Shown piece by piece: positions 48,587 to 59,901 of a stretch of 64,000 nt of DNA (its first letter is position 1; each line of letters opens with the position of its first letter). Origin of the DNA: a virus (Duplodnaviria > Heunggongvirae > Uroviricota > Caudoviricetes); IMG/VR virus record IMGVR_UViG_3300009784_000001, positions 295,944-359,943 of that record; one strand, given 5' to 3'. The notes beneath the pieces were generated by a model. It was not told where the DNA came from. It worked only from the letters and a program-made list of their open reading frames with translations, and made no database searches. A program made the translations under genes and the position numbers.

Positions 48587-49220
48587 TATTATTGATTTAC
48601 AAATAGCATTACTTAAAAGTGAGTTAAAAAATGAAAAGAAAAGTGCAGATTATTATTCTGAATTGAGTAATGAAGAAATAAGTGATAAAAAACTAATGTT
48701 ACTCTTAAAAAGAGAACATCTTTCTCAATGCACAATTCTTTTAGATAAAATTGATATACTAAATAAAGAAAAAGAGCATCAATCTAAATTGAATAGTTTA
48801 CTTGCTCCTTTTTAAAAAAAATAAAAATATATGGTTAAAATTGAATTAACAAAAGATATTATTGATCTTTTAGGCTTGATAAAAGTAGAAAAAACTCCTA
48901 TTGGGGTTGAAATTTTAAGTAAAGACTTATTTTATAATTCTGATGTACTTCAAAATGTATTAATGGTATGGGGAGAATATGATAATTTTATTTCTGGGAC
49001 AGAAAAAAGTTTTGAAGGAAAGAAATGGGATAAAGAATTAGAAGATAAAGCATGGAATGTTTATAATTACATTATAGATAATTTAGATGAAATAATATCA
49101 ATTCTTTTAGTTTATGCAAAAGCAGGAGTTAATCCTGGCATTTACAAAAGAAAAGAGAGTTTAAATGGAGTATGGAATTATACTTCATTTGAAAAAGAAT
49201 AAAAAATTAAAAATTGAATA

Positions 49221-50840
49221 ATGAACGATTCAAAAAGAACTTGTAGAACAAAGGAATTTTATGATAAAATTTATCAAGAATTAAAAGCTGGATTAAATAG
49301 TAATTTAACTATTTCTGAATTATGTGATTCATTAAATGTAGGTAATGATTATTTTTATGATTATATTAGACGTGCAGGAAAAGAAGCATTATTAATAAAT
49401 AATATTACGCAAAAAGAATATGATAGTTTTGTTTCTTTATATGCTGAAATAAAGAATAACAATAAAAACAGCAGAAGAGAAAATGATTCTAAAGAAATAG
49501 ATAATACTCCTTATGGAATCATTATAAGAAATGAAGATGATTTAATTGATCACTATGAATTTGGTGTTAGTAATAAACGTAATCAATTCGTAATTGGAGA
49601 AATATCTAGAGATTTAATGGATAAGATTTATTCTTTATATAGTAAAGAGGGGATAAATTTAACTCAAAGAACAGTATCAAGAGATATTTTATTAGAATTG
49701 GATATAGATTTTTATACTTTTCAAGAGATATTAAGAATATTCAAAATAACAAAATCAAGTATTCCTTTTGCGCCACATGTTCTTGAGGAGAACTCTGTAG
49801 ATAATGTAATTGATAAAACTTTTCAATTAAAAGAAAATCTTTTTTTCAAAAGAATTGAAGGTGACAAATTAAAAAGAGTTGAACAAAGAAATTTACAGTT
49901 ACTTCAAGAAAATATTGAATTAAAGAATAGATTAGTTAATTTTAATGACTGGATACAGTCCATTGATTTTTCAAATGTTGAAGTAGAAAATTTAAATGTC
50001 GAATTTGATAATAACGAAAGAGCATTAGTTATATTTTTAAGTGATATTCATATTGGAGCAATGGTTAATAATGACAGTTTATATGAAAATTTTTATAATC
50101 CTGATGAAGTAGTAAGAAGATTTAAATTAATTGAAGATAAGATTGGCGATTTAGTCAGTTGTTTTGGTTTTTTTGATAGAATTATTGTAATAAATTTAGG
50201 AGATAGTTTAGATGGCTTTAATCAACAAACTGCTCGTGGTGGTCATCATTTACCTCAAAACTTAAATAATAAAGAACAATTTGAATTTTATATTAGATTA
50301 ATACAAAGATTTATTGATAATTTGTGGGGAAGTGCAATATCAAATTACATTGATTATTATTCGGTTGGAGATAGTAACCATGATGGAATTAATGGATACT
50401 TGGCAAATAGATTATTAGAAGAATATTTCAAAATTAAATATCCTAATAATATGACAGTTGGCGTTTTTCAGAAATTTATTGATTTTATTAATTATGGAAA
50501 ACATACATTAATATTAAGCCATGGTAAAGATAGTGCTGAAATGTTTAAAAATTATCCACTTTTCATTGATGATAAAACGGAAAATAAAATTAATGAATAT
50601 ATTGATTATAATTTTGATAGTACTATATGGCATCAGAATGTAATTTTTGCAAAAGGAGATTTGCATCAATCAGCAACTTCTTATGCAAAACGTTTTACCT
50701 ATAAATCAGTAGCTAGTATATTTGGTTCAAGTAGTTGGGCACAAAAGAATTTTGGAAATGCTAAGCCAGCTGTTGATTTTCTTATATTAGGAAAAGAAGA
50801 TAAAAATGATGTTTTTGAAACACGATTGCTTTTGAAGTAA
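49221..50840 (+). CDS. large protein with C-terminal metallophosphoesterase domain
   Basis: SDIH, LGD..DG, GDSNHD, HG, GDLH. Confidence 0.75.
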   Translation: MNDSKRTCRTKEFYDKIYQELKAGLNSNLTISELCDSLNVGNDYFYDYIRRAGKEALLINNITQKEYDSFVSLYAEIKNNNKNSRRENDSKEIDNTPYGIIIRNEDDLIDHYEFGVSNKRNQFVIGEISRDLMDKIYSLYSKEGINLTQRTVSRDILLELDIDFYTFQEILRIFKITKSSIPFAPHVLEENSVDNVIDKTFQLKENLFFKRIEGDKLKRVEQRNLQLLQENIELKNRLVNFNDWIQSIDFSNVEVENLNVEFDNNERALVIFLSDIHIGAMVNNDSLYENFYNPDEVVRRFKLIEDKIGDLVSCFGFFDRIIVINLGDSLDGFNQQTARGGHHLPQNLNNKEQFEFYIRLIQRFIDNLWGSAISNYIDYYSVGDSNHDGINGYLANRLLEEYFKIKYPNNMTVGVFQKFIDFINYGKHTLILSHGKDSAEMFKNYPLFIDDKTENKINEYIDYNFDSTIWHQNVIFAKGDLHQSATSYAKRFTYKSVASIFGSSSWAQKNFGNAKPAVDFLILGKEDKNDVFETRLLLK

Positions 50841-50929
50841 CTTTTGAAAATTCAAAAAATATTTGTATATTTGTATTATAATATACACACTATTTATATT
50901 TTTTGAAAAATAATAAATAAATTTAATTA

Positions 50930-51541
50930 ATGGATAAGAAAAATAAAAAAGTATTATTATTAGTAGTAGCAAGTTTGGTTATATTATTATCATCATTTTA
51001 TTATAATGATGATGATACTATTAAAGTAAACAGAAGTGATGTAGATAGTATAATATTAAAGAGAGATACTGCAATATTAGATGAAGAGATATTTGAAATA
51101 TTTGATGTTCCTCCCACTTTTGAGGAATTTATGAAGGATTCTGTATATAAAGATTTAAGAGATTCACTTTATTTAGATAGTAAAATTTTTGTAGAAAGTA
51201 GAGGAGAAGCAACCATTCGTAATGGAAATCAAGTTGGTATTCTTCAAATTACTCCTGCTGCAATAAGAGAATGTAATAATATTCTAAAATTACATGAAAT
51301 AGGAAAAAGATATACTTTAAAAGATAGACTTAATCCTCTTAAAAGTAAAGAAATACATGAAATTATTATGGAAGAATATAACCCTAGTTCTGATTTGTTT
51401 GAATCTTCATGTATATGGAATGCTGGTGGAAATTCAAAACATATAAATAAGAATGCTTATAAAAAAGTAAAAATATATCATAGTAAAATTATAAAAAGAA
51501 TGCAATTTTTATATAAAGAATTGTGTGATAATAATAAATAA
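50930..51541 (+). CDS. membrane-anchored lysozyme/lytic transglycosylase-like protein
   Basis: N-terminal TM; VESRG..GILQI..WNAG. Confidence 0.65.
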   Translation: MDKKNKKVLLLVVASLVILLSSFYYNDDDTIKVNRSDVDSIILKRDTAILDEEIFEIFDVPPTFEEFMKDSVYKDLRDSLYLDSKIFVESRGEATIRNGNQVGILQITPAAIRECNNILKLHEIGKRYTLKDRLNPLKSKEIHEIIMEEYNPSSDLFESSCIWNAGGNSKHINKNAYKKVKIYHSKIIKRMQFLYKELCDNNK

Positions 51542-52177
51542 AAAAAAATAAGATTATGAGTTGTTGTGGAGAAAATTGTAAATGTGGAGAAAATTGTTTT
51601 TCTCTTATAGGAGATTCTAACTCCTTATATTATGTACATGATAAAGAAAATTACAGAAGTATTAAATTAATGGATGAAGTAGATGGGGCAGATGTTGCCC
51701 TTGAATTAACTTCTGTAGATACAGAAAATAAACATATTTTATTGGAGAAATTTCTTGGTAAAAAAGTTGAAATTTCAATAAGAATTGTAGAAGATTAATT
51801 TTATCTATGATATGGTTAGATGAAAAAGTGGAGCTTAATTTTGATTTGATTGATTCTTTATTAACATCTTATTTTGAAGAAATTAATAAAGAATCAGTTG
51901 AATTAAATAATAAGTTAAATAATGAAGAAATTAACAAATTAAAAAAATTATTCATTAAACAGATTCTAGAATGTCAAAATTGTTGTAAAAATAAGATTAA
52001 AAAAGTTACTTATCGTGATATATTTTTTATATTATCAAAAATATATAATATATCTGATAAAGATACTGATATTACAACTGAAATTTTTAATTTAACATCT
52101 TATTTCTATCAATACATAACAGGAGTTTATCCTTTAACAAAAAATGAATAGATAGTGATGATTTACTTTTATATTAT

Positions 52178-52687
52178 ATGAATTTTCAAAAAAAAGAAAA
52201 ATTAAACAACATTAATGAAGATTTGAAATACAATAGAGAATTGTATTTGGTTACAGAAAGTGGTTTACAAAAAACAAATTATTATAATGCTCAAAAAGAA
52301 GCTAATAATCTTAATTTAGATTTAGTTCAAATATCTACAAAAGATAATTTGCCTTTATGTAAAATGTTCAATTATGAAAAGTTCTTATATGAGCAAAAGA
52401 AGAATAAAAATAAATCAACTAAACAAGAAATAAAAGAAATAAAATTATCTTCTTCTATTGCAAAAAATGATTTATTAATTAAAGCAAAAGCTGCGAAAAG
52501 ATTTATTGATGATGGAGATAAAATAAAAGTTACTCTTCAGTATAAAGGTAGAGAAAATGCAAATAAAGAATTTAACAAAAAATCTTTACTTGAATTTATA
52601 GTATTAACAGAAGATTTTGCAATACCAGAATCTATTCCCAAGGAGGAAGGAAATAAAAGTATTGTAATTTTAAAACCAAAAAAATAG
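52178..52687 (+). CDS. infC: translation initiation factor IF-3
   Basis: INE, LDLVQI, YEKFLYE, KEIKL, GDKIKV, KGRE. Confidence 0.85.
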   Translation: MNFQKKEKLNNINEDLKYNRELYLVTESGLQKTNYYNAQKEANNLNLDLVQISTKDNLPLCKMFNYEKFLYEQKKNKNKSTKQEIKEIKLSSSIAKNDLLIKAKAAKRFIDDGDKIKVTLQYKGRENANKEFNKKSLLEFIVLTEDFAIPESIPKEEGNKSIVILKPKK

Positions 52688-52713
52688 TATGTACTTTTTA
52701 ATTAATTAACCAA

Positions 52714-53568
52714 ATGATTAGACCATTAAATACCAAAAATCAAGCATATACTCCAAAAAATGAATTATTAAATTTATATTTTAAAGATATAAATGATTTC
52801 AAAGTGTTAAGCGCAAATGAAGAATTTCATCTTTTTGAAGCAATTAAAAATGGGGATGAGAACGCTAAAAGAAAAATAATTGAATGTAATCAGAAATTTG
52901 TAGTCTCAGTAGCAAAGAAATTTTCAACTTCTGATACTTTACTAGATTTAATTAATGAAGGGAATATTGGATTAATAGAAGCAATTGATGAATTTGATAA
53001 TTACAGAGGAATAAAGTTTATTAGTTTTGCTGTACATTATATTCATAGAGAAATATATAATTATCTAAAAAATAATAGTTTAGTTCGACAAACTAATTTA
53101 GGGAAGACATATAATATTCTTAATAAAGTGAAAAGTGCTTTTTTCGTTCAGAATGGAAGAATGCCATCTGAACAAGAAGTGATTGATATAATAAAGAAAG
53201 AATATGATATTGATATAATTGATAAATCAGATGTATATGATTTGAAAGTTTCATCAATTAATGATTTTGAAGAAGATAATCCAAATTGTAATGAAAATGA
53301 ATTTAATAAATATTATTTTTATGAAAATAGTTCCAATATAAAATATGAACGAGAAGAGAATAGAAACAATATTAATGAATTAATAGATGTTTTAACTCCT
53401 GAAGAATTTTATATTCTTAAATTATATTATGGTATTGATTGCTGGCGAGAGTTTTCTTTAGATGAAATTTCTAATGTAACTGGTTATACTTCTGAAAGAA
53501 TTAGGCAACTTAAAGATGATGCTATTGATAAAATGAAAATGTGTAATAAAATAAAAAAAATTGTATAA
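52714..53568 (+). CDS. RNA polymerase sigma-70 factor (RpoD/RpoS-like)
   Basis: FVVSVAK, DLINEGNIGLIEA, KFISFA, SERIRQ. Confidence 0.9.
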   Translation: MIRPLNTKNQAYTPKNELLNLYFKDINDFKVLSANEEFHLFEAIKNGDENAKRKIIECNQKFVVSVAKKFSTSDTLLDLINEGNIGLIEAIDEFDNYRGIKFISFAVHYIHREIYNYLKNNSLVRQTNLGKTYNILNKVKSAFFVQNGRMPSEQEVIDIIKKEYDIDIIDKSDVYDLKVSSINDFEEDNPNCNENEFNKYYFYENSSNIKYEREENRNNINELIDVLTPEEFYILKLYYGIDCWREFSLDEISNVTGYTSERIRQLKDDAIDKMKMCNKIKKIV

Positions 53569-53571
53569 ATA

Positions 53572-53604
53572 AATAACCCTGAAAATGTATTTCAGGGTTA
53601 TTTA
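53572..53604. terminator. bidirectional terminator
   Basis: AATAACCCTGAAA / TTTCAGGGTTATT between convergent genes. Confidence 0.8.
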
Positions 53605-53606
53605 TT

Positions 53607-53912
53607 TTATTTTAAAGATGAGGCTTTTTGTTTCTCTTGAATAATTCTTGTTAATTTTTCAAATAAATTATCATCCATATCTTTCTCTCCACGAGAAAAT
53701 GCTGATAAATAACTTCTTCTTGAAGAGTCTTCCCAATCAGGTAATAATTCTGCTGCCAATGCTGCCATATTAGTCATATCAGCCCTTAAAATAGAACGAA
53801 CTTCATTTCTCGAAAATTTCATTTTTTCTCTTTTTTCTTCATCTTCTTCTTTTAATATTTTTCTAACAGTATTTTCAATAATACTTCTTATATTTGATTC
53901 AGTTAATTTCAT
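53607..53912 (-). CDS. hypothetical protein with MKLTESNIRSIIENTVRKILKE N-terminus
   Basis: 101 aa; TATTTAT motif upstream on the minus strand. Confidence 0.7.
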   Translation of the reverse strand: MKLTESNIRSIIENTVRKILKEEDEEKREKMKFSRNEVRSILRADMTNMAALAAELLPDWEDSSRRSYLSAFSRGEKDMDDNLFEKLTRIIQEKQKASSLK

Positions 53913-53989
53913 AATTTAACATTTTTTCATATATAAATATTTGTTAGAATGAAAAATAATACTTATCTTTGCATCATAATTAATAAAAA

Positions 53990-54763
53990 ATGAATAAATA
54001 TAAAATAAAAACATTGCAAACTAGAGGATCAAATCATGATTTAAGAACAGAGGATGATTTTATGATATATGAAGATGAGAAATATATAATTTGCTCTGTT
54101 TTTGATGGGTGTAGTAGTGGATATCGTTCTGATATTTCAAGTTATAAACACAAAGAATTTTTATTAGAAGCGATAGATGAATCATTAATTTATGAATATG
54201 ATAATTTTGACGCAATTATTCGATATGTTATAAATAAAAAAATAAGAATAAATTTTGAGGATATTATAGAAGAATTGATTTCAAGATTATTTCATAAATT
54301 ATCTGAAATGAATTATAAAGATAATGAAGAAATGTTATCAACAATTCTTTTACTTGTTATTAATAAAGAAACAGATGAATATGAAATAGCTTTTTTTGGT
54401 GATGGAGTAAGTTTTGTGAATGGAGAATATACAAATGTTCATGATCCAAATGGTGATACTGTGTGGTATTTAAGTACAGTAAAAGCAAATGAATTTAGAA
54501 AATATTATTCTCAATCTACAAAATTAAAAGGACAAGGTATTGAAAATATTTGTATATCCACAGATGGGATTGATACATTCAAAAACAAATATGGTCAATT
54601 AGTAGATGCTAGAAATTATTTTTGTGATAATACTCAATTTGTGAATTTAGATAATCAATTGAAAAGATTGTATAATGTTTTTACAAAAGGGTTAAATAAT
54701 GAGGAAAAAATGTCTTGTATAAACCAAGATGATTTTACTATTATAAAAATTGAGAAAATATGA
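53990..54763 (+). CDS. PP2C-like protein phosphatase
   Basis: G..H....ED, VFDGCSS, GDG, STDG, DDFT. Confidence 0.8.
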   Translation: MNKYKIKTLQTRGSNHDLRTEDDFMIYEDEKYIICSVFDGCSSGYRSDISSYKHKEFLLEAIDESLIYEYDNFDAIIRYVINKKIRINFEDIIEELISRLFHKLSEMNYKDNEEMLSTILLLVINKETDEYEIAFFGDGVSFVNGEYTNVHDPNGDTVWYLSTVKANEFRKYYSQSTKLKGQGIENICISTDGIDTFKNKYGQLVDARNYFCDNTQFVNLDNQLKRLYNVFTKGLNNEEKMSCINQDDFTIIKIEKI

Positions 54764-55039
54764 TTTATAAAAGAAAATATCCACATGAAAAAACAGTAAT
54801 AATTGCTGAATTTAAAGGAGATATTTGTGTTTCCCCATTAACTAATATTGAAACAAAAGAAACGACTAAAATATCTTTTACTAATTTAGATAAGGAATAT
54901 GAACCAGGTTATGAATTTGAAAATACAGGAAAATTATTTCAAGTTAAAGATCCTACAATTATTTTTAAATTTCGTTCTCCAAAGTCAGTGGATGTGGTTA
55001 TAGAAGCATTAAATGAAATAAAAAAATATTTAGAAAGTA

Positions 55040-55504
55040 ATGATAGATAATATAAATGGAACATATAGGATATATATAAAAATACCATTAATCAAATATG
55101 GTATTAAAATACCTAGATTGTTTAATAAAGAACCTATTTCTTTTGCTTTTTTTCTGGTGGGAATAATCATGAATATTAATGAACGAAAAAGATATCTTTA
55201 TTATGTTAAAAATAAACCAATGAAACAATGGGGAAAAATGTGGAGAAATAGTGATTCAAAGGAATCACAATTATGCCCCACTATTTTTAGTTTTTTTGGG
55301 CTATTTAATATTGTTAAACATGTTGAAATATTAAAAGAAGAAGATAAAATTTTATTAAAAGATGAAAATGTATCCTATTTAACAAATGATTGGTTCCCAA
55401 GTAATGTGGGATTATTAAATGGTAATCAGGTATTAATTGATTATGGAGATTTTAGAGTTGTTGGAATAGATAGAACATTGGTTGGTCTAATTGATTATAA
55501 ATAA
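55040..55504 (+). CDS. small kinase-like protein
   Basis: IKIP, E, DWFPSNVG....LIDYG. Confidence 0.45.
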   Translation: MIDNINGTYRIYIKIPLIKYGIKIPRLFNKEPISFAFFLVGIIMNINERKRYLYYVKNKPMKQWGKMWRNSDSKESQLCPTIFSFFGLFNIVKHVEILKEEDKILLKDENVSYLTNDWFPSNVGLLNGNQVLIDYGDFRVVGIDRTLVGLIDYK

Positions 55505-56074
55505 TATTAAAAAATATGGAAAAATTTGTTCTTGCTAGTGATTGTTTACAACTTTCACTTTCTATAAAAAAAGAAACACCATCTGATAAAATGATTCGCT
55601 TGGAATGTTTAAAAATAGCTTCTGAAACGCTTAAAAATAATAATGCTTATGATATTACTAAATATGCAGAAATATTGTTTGATTATATTATAAAAGGAAG
55701 ATAATGGAAATTAATTACTATCAAAGAGCTACTGAATATTTGAAATGGATAATAACTTGTAAATCTATGCCACTTCCAAAAACAAGACCAGAAGAATATA
55801 ATATATGGAGACATTTAATAGAGCTTATTGGAGAAACAGAATTTAATCATTTAACAAGTAATTTGGAGGATGATTTTGAACAATTTCATAAAATGTTCAG
55901 ACAAACAGATATTACAAATAATGTTCATATTGATATGATAATATGGAATTTTATATGTTTATCAGAAATTCCTTATTATGTACATAACTTTATTCAAGAT
56001 AAAAATCATGATGGTACGCCAGTGGAAGATGAATGGAAATGGTCTTGGGATAACAAATTATAAAAATAAAAATT

Positions 56075-57760
56075 ATGTTAAAACTAGTTGATGATAACAG
56101 TAAAGAATTTTTTCTTGATGAAGCAAAAGAAATAGCAAGAGGAGGAGAAGGGAAACTTATCCCTGTAAAAAGTTATCCTAATTATATCGCTAAAATCTAT
56201 CTTGATAAAGGTAGAACTATTTCTCTTCAAAGAATACAGGAATTATCTCCATTACCTAATAATTTATTCTTAAAACCATTATTTAGATTATCAGGAATAG
56301 AAAATGGTTTTGTAATGGATAAATTGGATGGTTCTAAATATTATCCATTAGATTCATTGTATTCTTCCTCGTTTGCAATGAAAAGAAATTTGCCAAATAA
56401 TTATAAAGAAAAAATATCAAGAACAATTATTGAAGGTGTAAATATTGCTCATAATAATAACATTATAATTGGTGATTTGAATCCTTTTAATATTATGATT
56501 GAAGATAGTTGTGAAACTAAATTCATTGATGTAGATTCTTATGAAACTAAATCATATAAACATAATGATAAATTACTTGAAAATATAAGGGATTATTACT
56601 TTGGTGGAAAAGTTACACAGGATAGCGATTATTTTGCTCTGGCTGTCATTATATTTAATTTATTAACTGGAATACATCCATACAAAGGATTTCATTCTGT
56701 GTATGGAAATAACCTTAAAGATAGAATGATTAATAATCTTTCTATTTTATCTAAAGAAAGTAAAAATATAAAAATACCTAAATTTTATCAGCCATTACAA
56801 GATACTAATATAGTTGATATGTTTAAAGAAATATTTGATTTGAATAAAAGATTTCTAATAACTATGGATGGTAAAACTGTTGCAACTGTTAAATTTACTG
56901 GTACAGTTATATCTGATAAGTTATTATTTACAGAATTATTTAATATTATGAATAATCAAAGTTCTGAACAGATTATGGAAGTTTCTGTTTCCAATTCACT
57001 TTTGAATATCAGAACAAATCAACACAGTTATTTATATTCAACACCAAATAAAGGAATTATTACATCTGAAAATAAGATAGTTCCTGATGTAAATATTATA
57101 TTAACTGAAAAGAATATATATGGCTTTAAAGATGGAAGTTTGAAATTATATAATAAAATAACAAAATGTTTTGATGAAATTAAAAACATTAAATTATATA
57201 AAGATGAAATATATTTAATTAAACAATATGAAAATATTCTTCTTATAATTACCAAAAATGATAAATTATATAAACTTTATTTAGATGAAATATTTAATGG
57301 TTCTATACAATTTACTGTTTCAGATGTTTATTATGAATCATTTAAGAAAAATGAAGGATTGTATCAAAGCATTGGAGTTAATGCTATTATATATTATAAT
57401 AATGGCAAAGAACTTAATAATATAACTATCCAAGGAAATAATATTAAAGATGTTATTCAAAAAGATAATATAGGTATTTTAACTGTTAAGAATAATAATA
57501 AAATAGAATATCAATTATTTAGAATAGATAAACATAATAATATTAAAACATCTGTTTTACCTGAAAAATATCCGTTTACTTCCAATGATAAGTTTGTTAT
57601 ATTACTAAGAGATGATAAAATATCTTTTATAGATAAAGAAACATTGCAAGAGGTAACATCCTTTGAAATTAATGTACAAGGAGATTATGATATATTAACA
57701 ACAAATGCTGGAATTATATTATATAGTAAAGAGAAGGTTTTATTAGTTAATACAAAATAA
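56075..57760 (+). CDS. Ser/Thr protein kinase
   Basis: RGGEG, AKIY, IGDLNPFN, IDVDS, SDYFALAV, GIHPY. Confidence 0.85.
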   Translation: MLKLVDDNSKEFFLDEAKEIARGGEGKLIPVKSYPNYIAKIYLDKGRTISLQRIQELSPLPNNLFLKPLFRLSGIENGFVMDKLDGSKYYPLDSLYSSSFAMKRNLPNNYKEKISRTIIEGVNIAHNNNIIIGDLNPFNIMIEDSCETKFIDVDSYETKSYKHNDKLLENIRDYYFGGKVTQDSDYFALAVIIFNLLTGIHPYKGFHSVYGNNLKDRMINNLSILSKESKNIKIPKFYQPLQDTNIVDMFKEIFDLNKRFLITMDGKTVATVKFTGTVISDKLLFTELFNIMNNQSSEQIMEVSVSNSLLNIRTNQHSYLYSTPNKGIITSENKIVPDVNIILTEKNIYGFKDGSLKLYNKITKCFDEIKNIKLYKDEIYLIKQYENILLIITKNDKLYKLYLDEIFNGSIQFTVSDVYYESFKKNEGLYQSIGVNAIIYYNNGKELNNITIQGNNIKDVIQKDNIGILTVKNNNKIEYQLFRIDKHNNIKTSVLPEKYPFTSNDKFVILLRDDKISFIDKETLQEVTSFEINVQGDYDILTTNAGIILYSKEKVLLVNTK

Positions 57761-58274
57761 TGAAAGATAATTCAAGAGATTATGATGGTTTAGTAGAAGG
57801 ATTAGCTTTTACTGCTAGTGTTTTTCTAAAATGCTATCATTGTAATTGGAATAGTGGCTCTGCACATGCTGATAAAAGTGATTTGATAAAACATTTGAAA
57901 AATCAACATAAAATTATTTCTCCTAAAATATTAGAAGAAGTATTTTATTAATAATAAAAATTAAATATAAAAATATAAATTAAAAAGAAATGAAAGAAGA
58001 ATTTTATGGGACAGTTTATGAATATTTAACTGGAGAATGTAAAGGTGGAAGATTTATTTCCAGTTATGATGGAGAAGAAATTGGAAGTGTATCAGATAAT
58101 GGAGTATATAAGGTTATAGCTCATGTTAAAAGTAATGAGGAAGGAGTTGCTATTTGCAATGAAACTGATTTTAATAAGGGTTTATATTATGCAATAAATA
58201 ATTATTTTGGAGTATAATTTTTTTATTTAAAATAAAATAAGTATATTTGTCAGAAATTAAAAAAAAATGTTATT

Positions 58275-58802
58275 ATGCTAATTAAAGGAGATATTATTAT
58301 AACAGATCCTTGTTATTTTATTAAAGAGAAAGATTGGAATGAAAGGGTATATGGTACTGTAGGTAAGAAGGGTGATTTATTTCATTTAGGATTTTCTTCT
58401 TATTTAATAAGCCAAACTTATTATGGAGATTGGAGCTGTACAACTTTTCAAACAAATGAAAAAAATGTTGTGGAACATCTAAATTTAATTGAAAAACATC
58501 TTGAAAATGATGAAAAAGAGTTATTAAATGAAAATGATGTTGAAATAGGGCAATTTTGTGCTGATTCTGGAATGGTTTGTGTTGTATTGTTAGATGAGGT
58601 TTTGAAGTTAAAACCTGATTTTGATTATCATATAACAAAACCATGGACAACTACTTTAATAAAAGATTTTGTTGGTGAAATTAATTTTCATTTATATACT
58701 GAAGAAAATAGAAAACATAATTTACCTGAAAATTTTTATAAACATTTAAGTATTTGGGGAAGAGGAAATATTAATTTTTATACATTACAAACAGGGTTAT
58801 GA
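58275..58802 (+). CDS. hypothetical protein
   Basis: ITDPCY; FCADSGMVCV. Confidence 0.65.
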   Translation: MLIKGDIIITDPCYFIKEKDWNERVYGTVGKKGDLFHLGFSSYLISQTYYGDWSCTTFQTNEKNVVEHLNLIEKHLENDEKELLNENDVEIGQFCADSGMVCVVLLDEVLKLKPDFDYHITKPWTTTLIKDFVGEINFHLYTEENRKHNLPENFYKHLSIWGRGNINFYTLQTGL

Positions 58803-59100
58803 AAGCAGTAGTAAAAAAATTAGAAATTGATTATGGTGATTATTTCTTTTCACCACAAGGTGGAGATCCAAGTAAAATAGATACAATATATATTGGAGAT
58901 AAGAAATTTATAGAAGAAAAATATTTTGATGTTTTCAAATGGCTAAATGATTGGGTAGAAGGTTATGAAAAAGAAATAGGAGATAGAAAAGCAAAAGATT
59001 TTCAAGATTGGATACATCAACAACCAATGTGCAGTCTGTAAATTTGCTAAATCGGAAAATTATATGTATTTTTGTAAATAAATTTAATTAATAAAAAAAA

Positions 59101-59889
59101 ATGAATAAAAAAGTAGCAATTTTAGGAATTGATTTACAGAATGACTTTGTAAAGCAAAGTGGTTCTTTAAGTGTAAATGGTGCGGAAGGAGATGCAAAAA
59201 GAATTGCAGATTTTATCCACAATAATGGTGATAAAATTTCTTATATGGTGTTCACATTAGATAGTCATAGAGCAAATCATATTGCTCATGCTTCTTATTG
59301 GGAAGATAAAAATGGAAATGAACCTGCTGTATTTACAAATATTACTGCACAAGATGTACATACTGGTGTATGGACAGCAAAAATTAACCCATTAGGGGCA
59401 GTAACTTATTTGGAAGAACTTGAAAAGAAAGGAAAAAAACACACGATCTGGCCACCTCATTGTATTATGGGGACAGAAGGATGGGCTTTGTATAAAGACA
59501 TTTCAGATGCTTTAATTGAATGGGAAACAAAATATAAAATTCCTTTCCAATTGGAATTTAAGGGTTCAAACTGGTATACTGAACATTATAGTATATTTAG
59601 AGCAGAAGTTGAATTACCAAATTATCCTGAAACACAAGTTAATCACAATTTATTGAAAACTTTAAATAGATTTGATGAAGTTATTTTGGTAGGAGAAGCG
59701 AGAGATTTTTGTGTATTAAATTCGTTAAAAGATTTAATTAGTGAAACTCCTGATTTAGCAAAGAAAGTTGTTGTTTTTGAAGATTGTATGTCAAACGTAA
59801 TCCAAAATAATGCAGAAGCAGATGCTTTCTATCAAGATGCTCAAAAAGCAGGTGTGAAAATTAGCAATAGTATTGATTATAAATTTTAA
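59101..59889 (+). CDS. pncA: nicotinamidase / isochorismatase-family cysteine hydrolase
   Basis: IDLQNDF, GSLSV.GA, DSH...H, WPPHC, KG, GEARDFCV. Confidence 0.8.
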   Translation: MNKKVAILGIDLQNDFVKQSGSLSVNGAEGDAKRIADFIHNNGDKISYMVFTLDSHRANHIAHASYWEDKNGNEPAVFTNITAQDVHTGVWTAKINPLGAVTYLEELEKKGKKHTIWPPHCIMGTEGWALYKDISDALIEWETKYKIPFQLEFKGSNWYTEHYSIFRAEVELPNYPETQVNHNLLKTLNRFDEVILVGEARDFCVLNSLKDLISETPDLAKKVVVFEDCMSNVIQNNAEADAFYQDAQKAGVKISNSIDYKF

Positions 59890-59901
59890 TTAAGAAAATA
59901 T

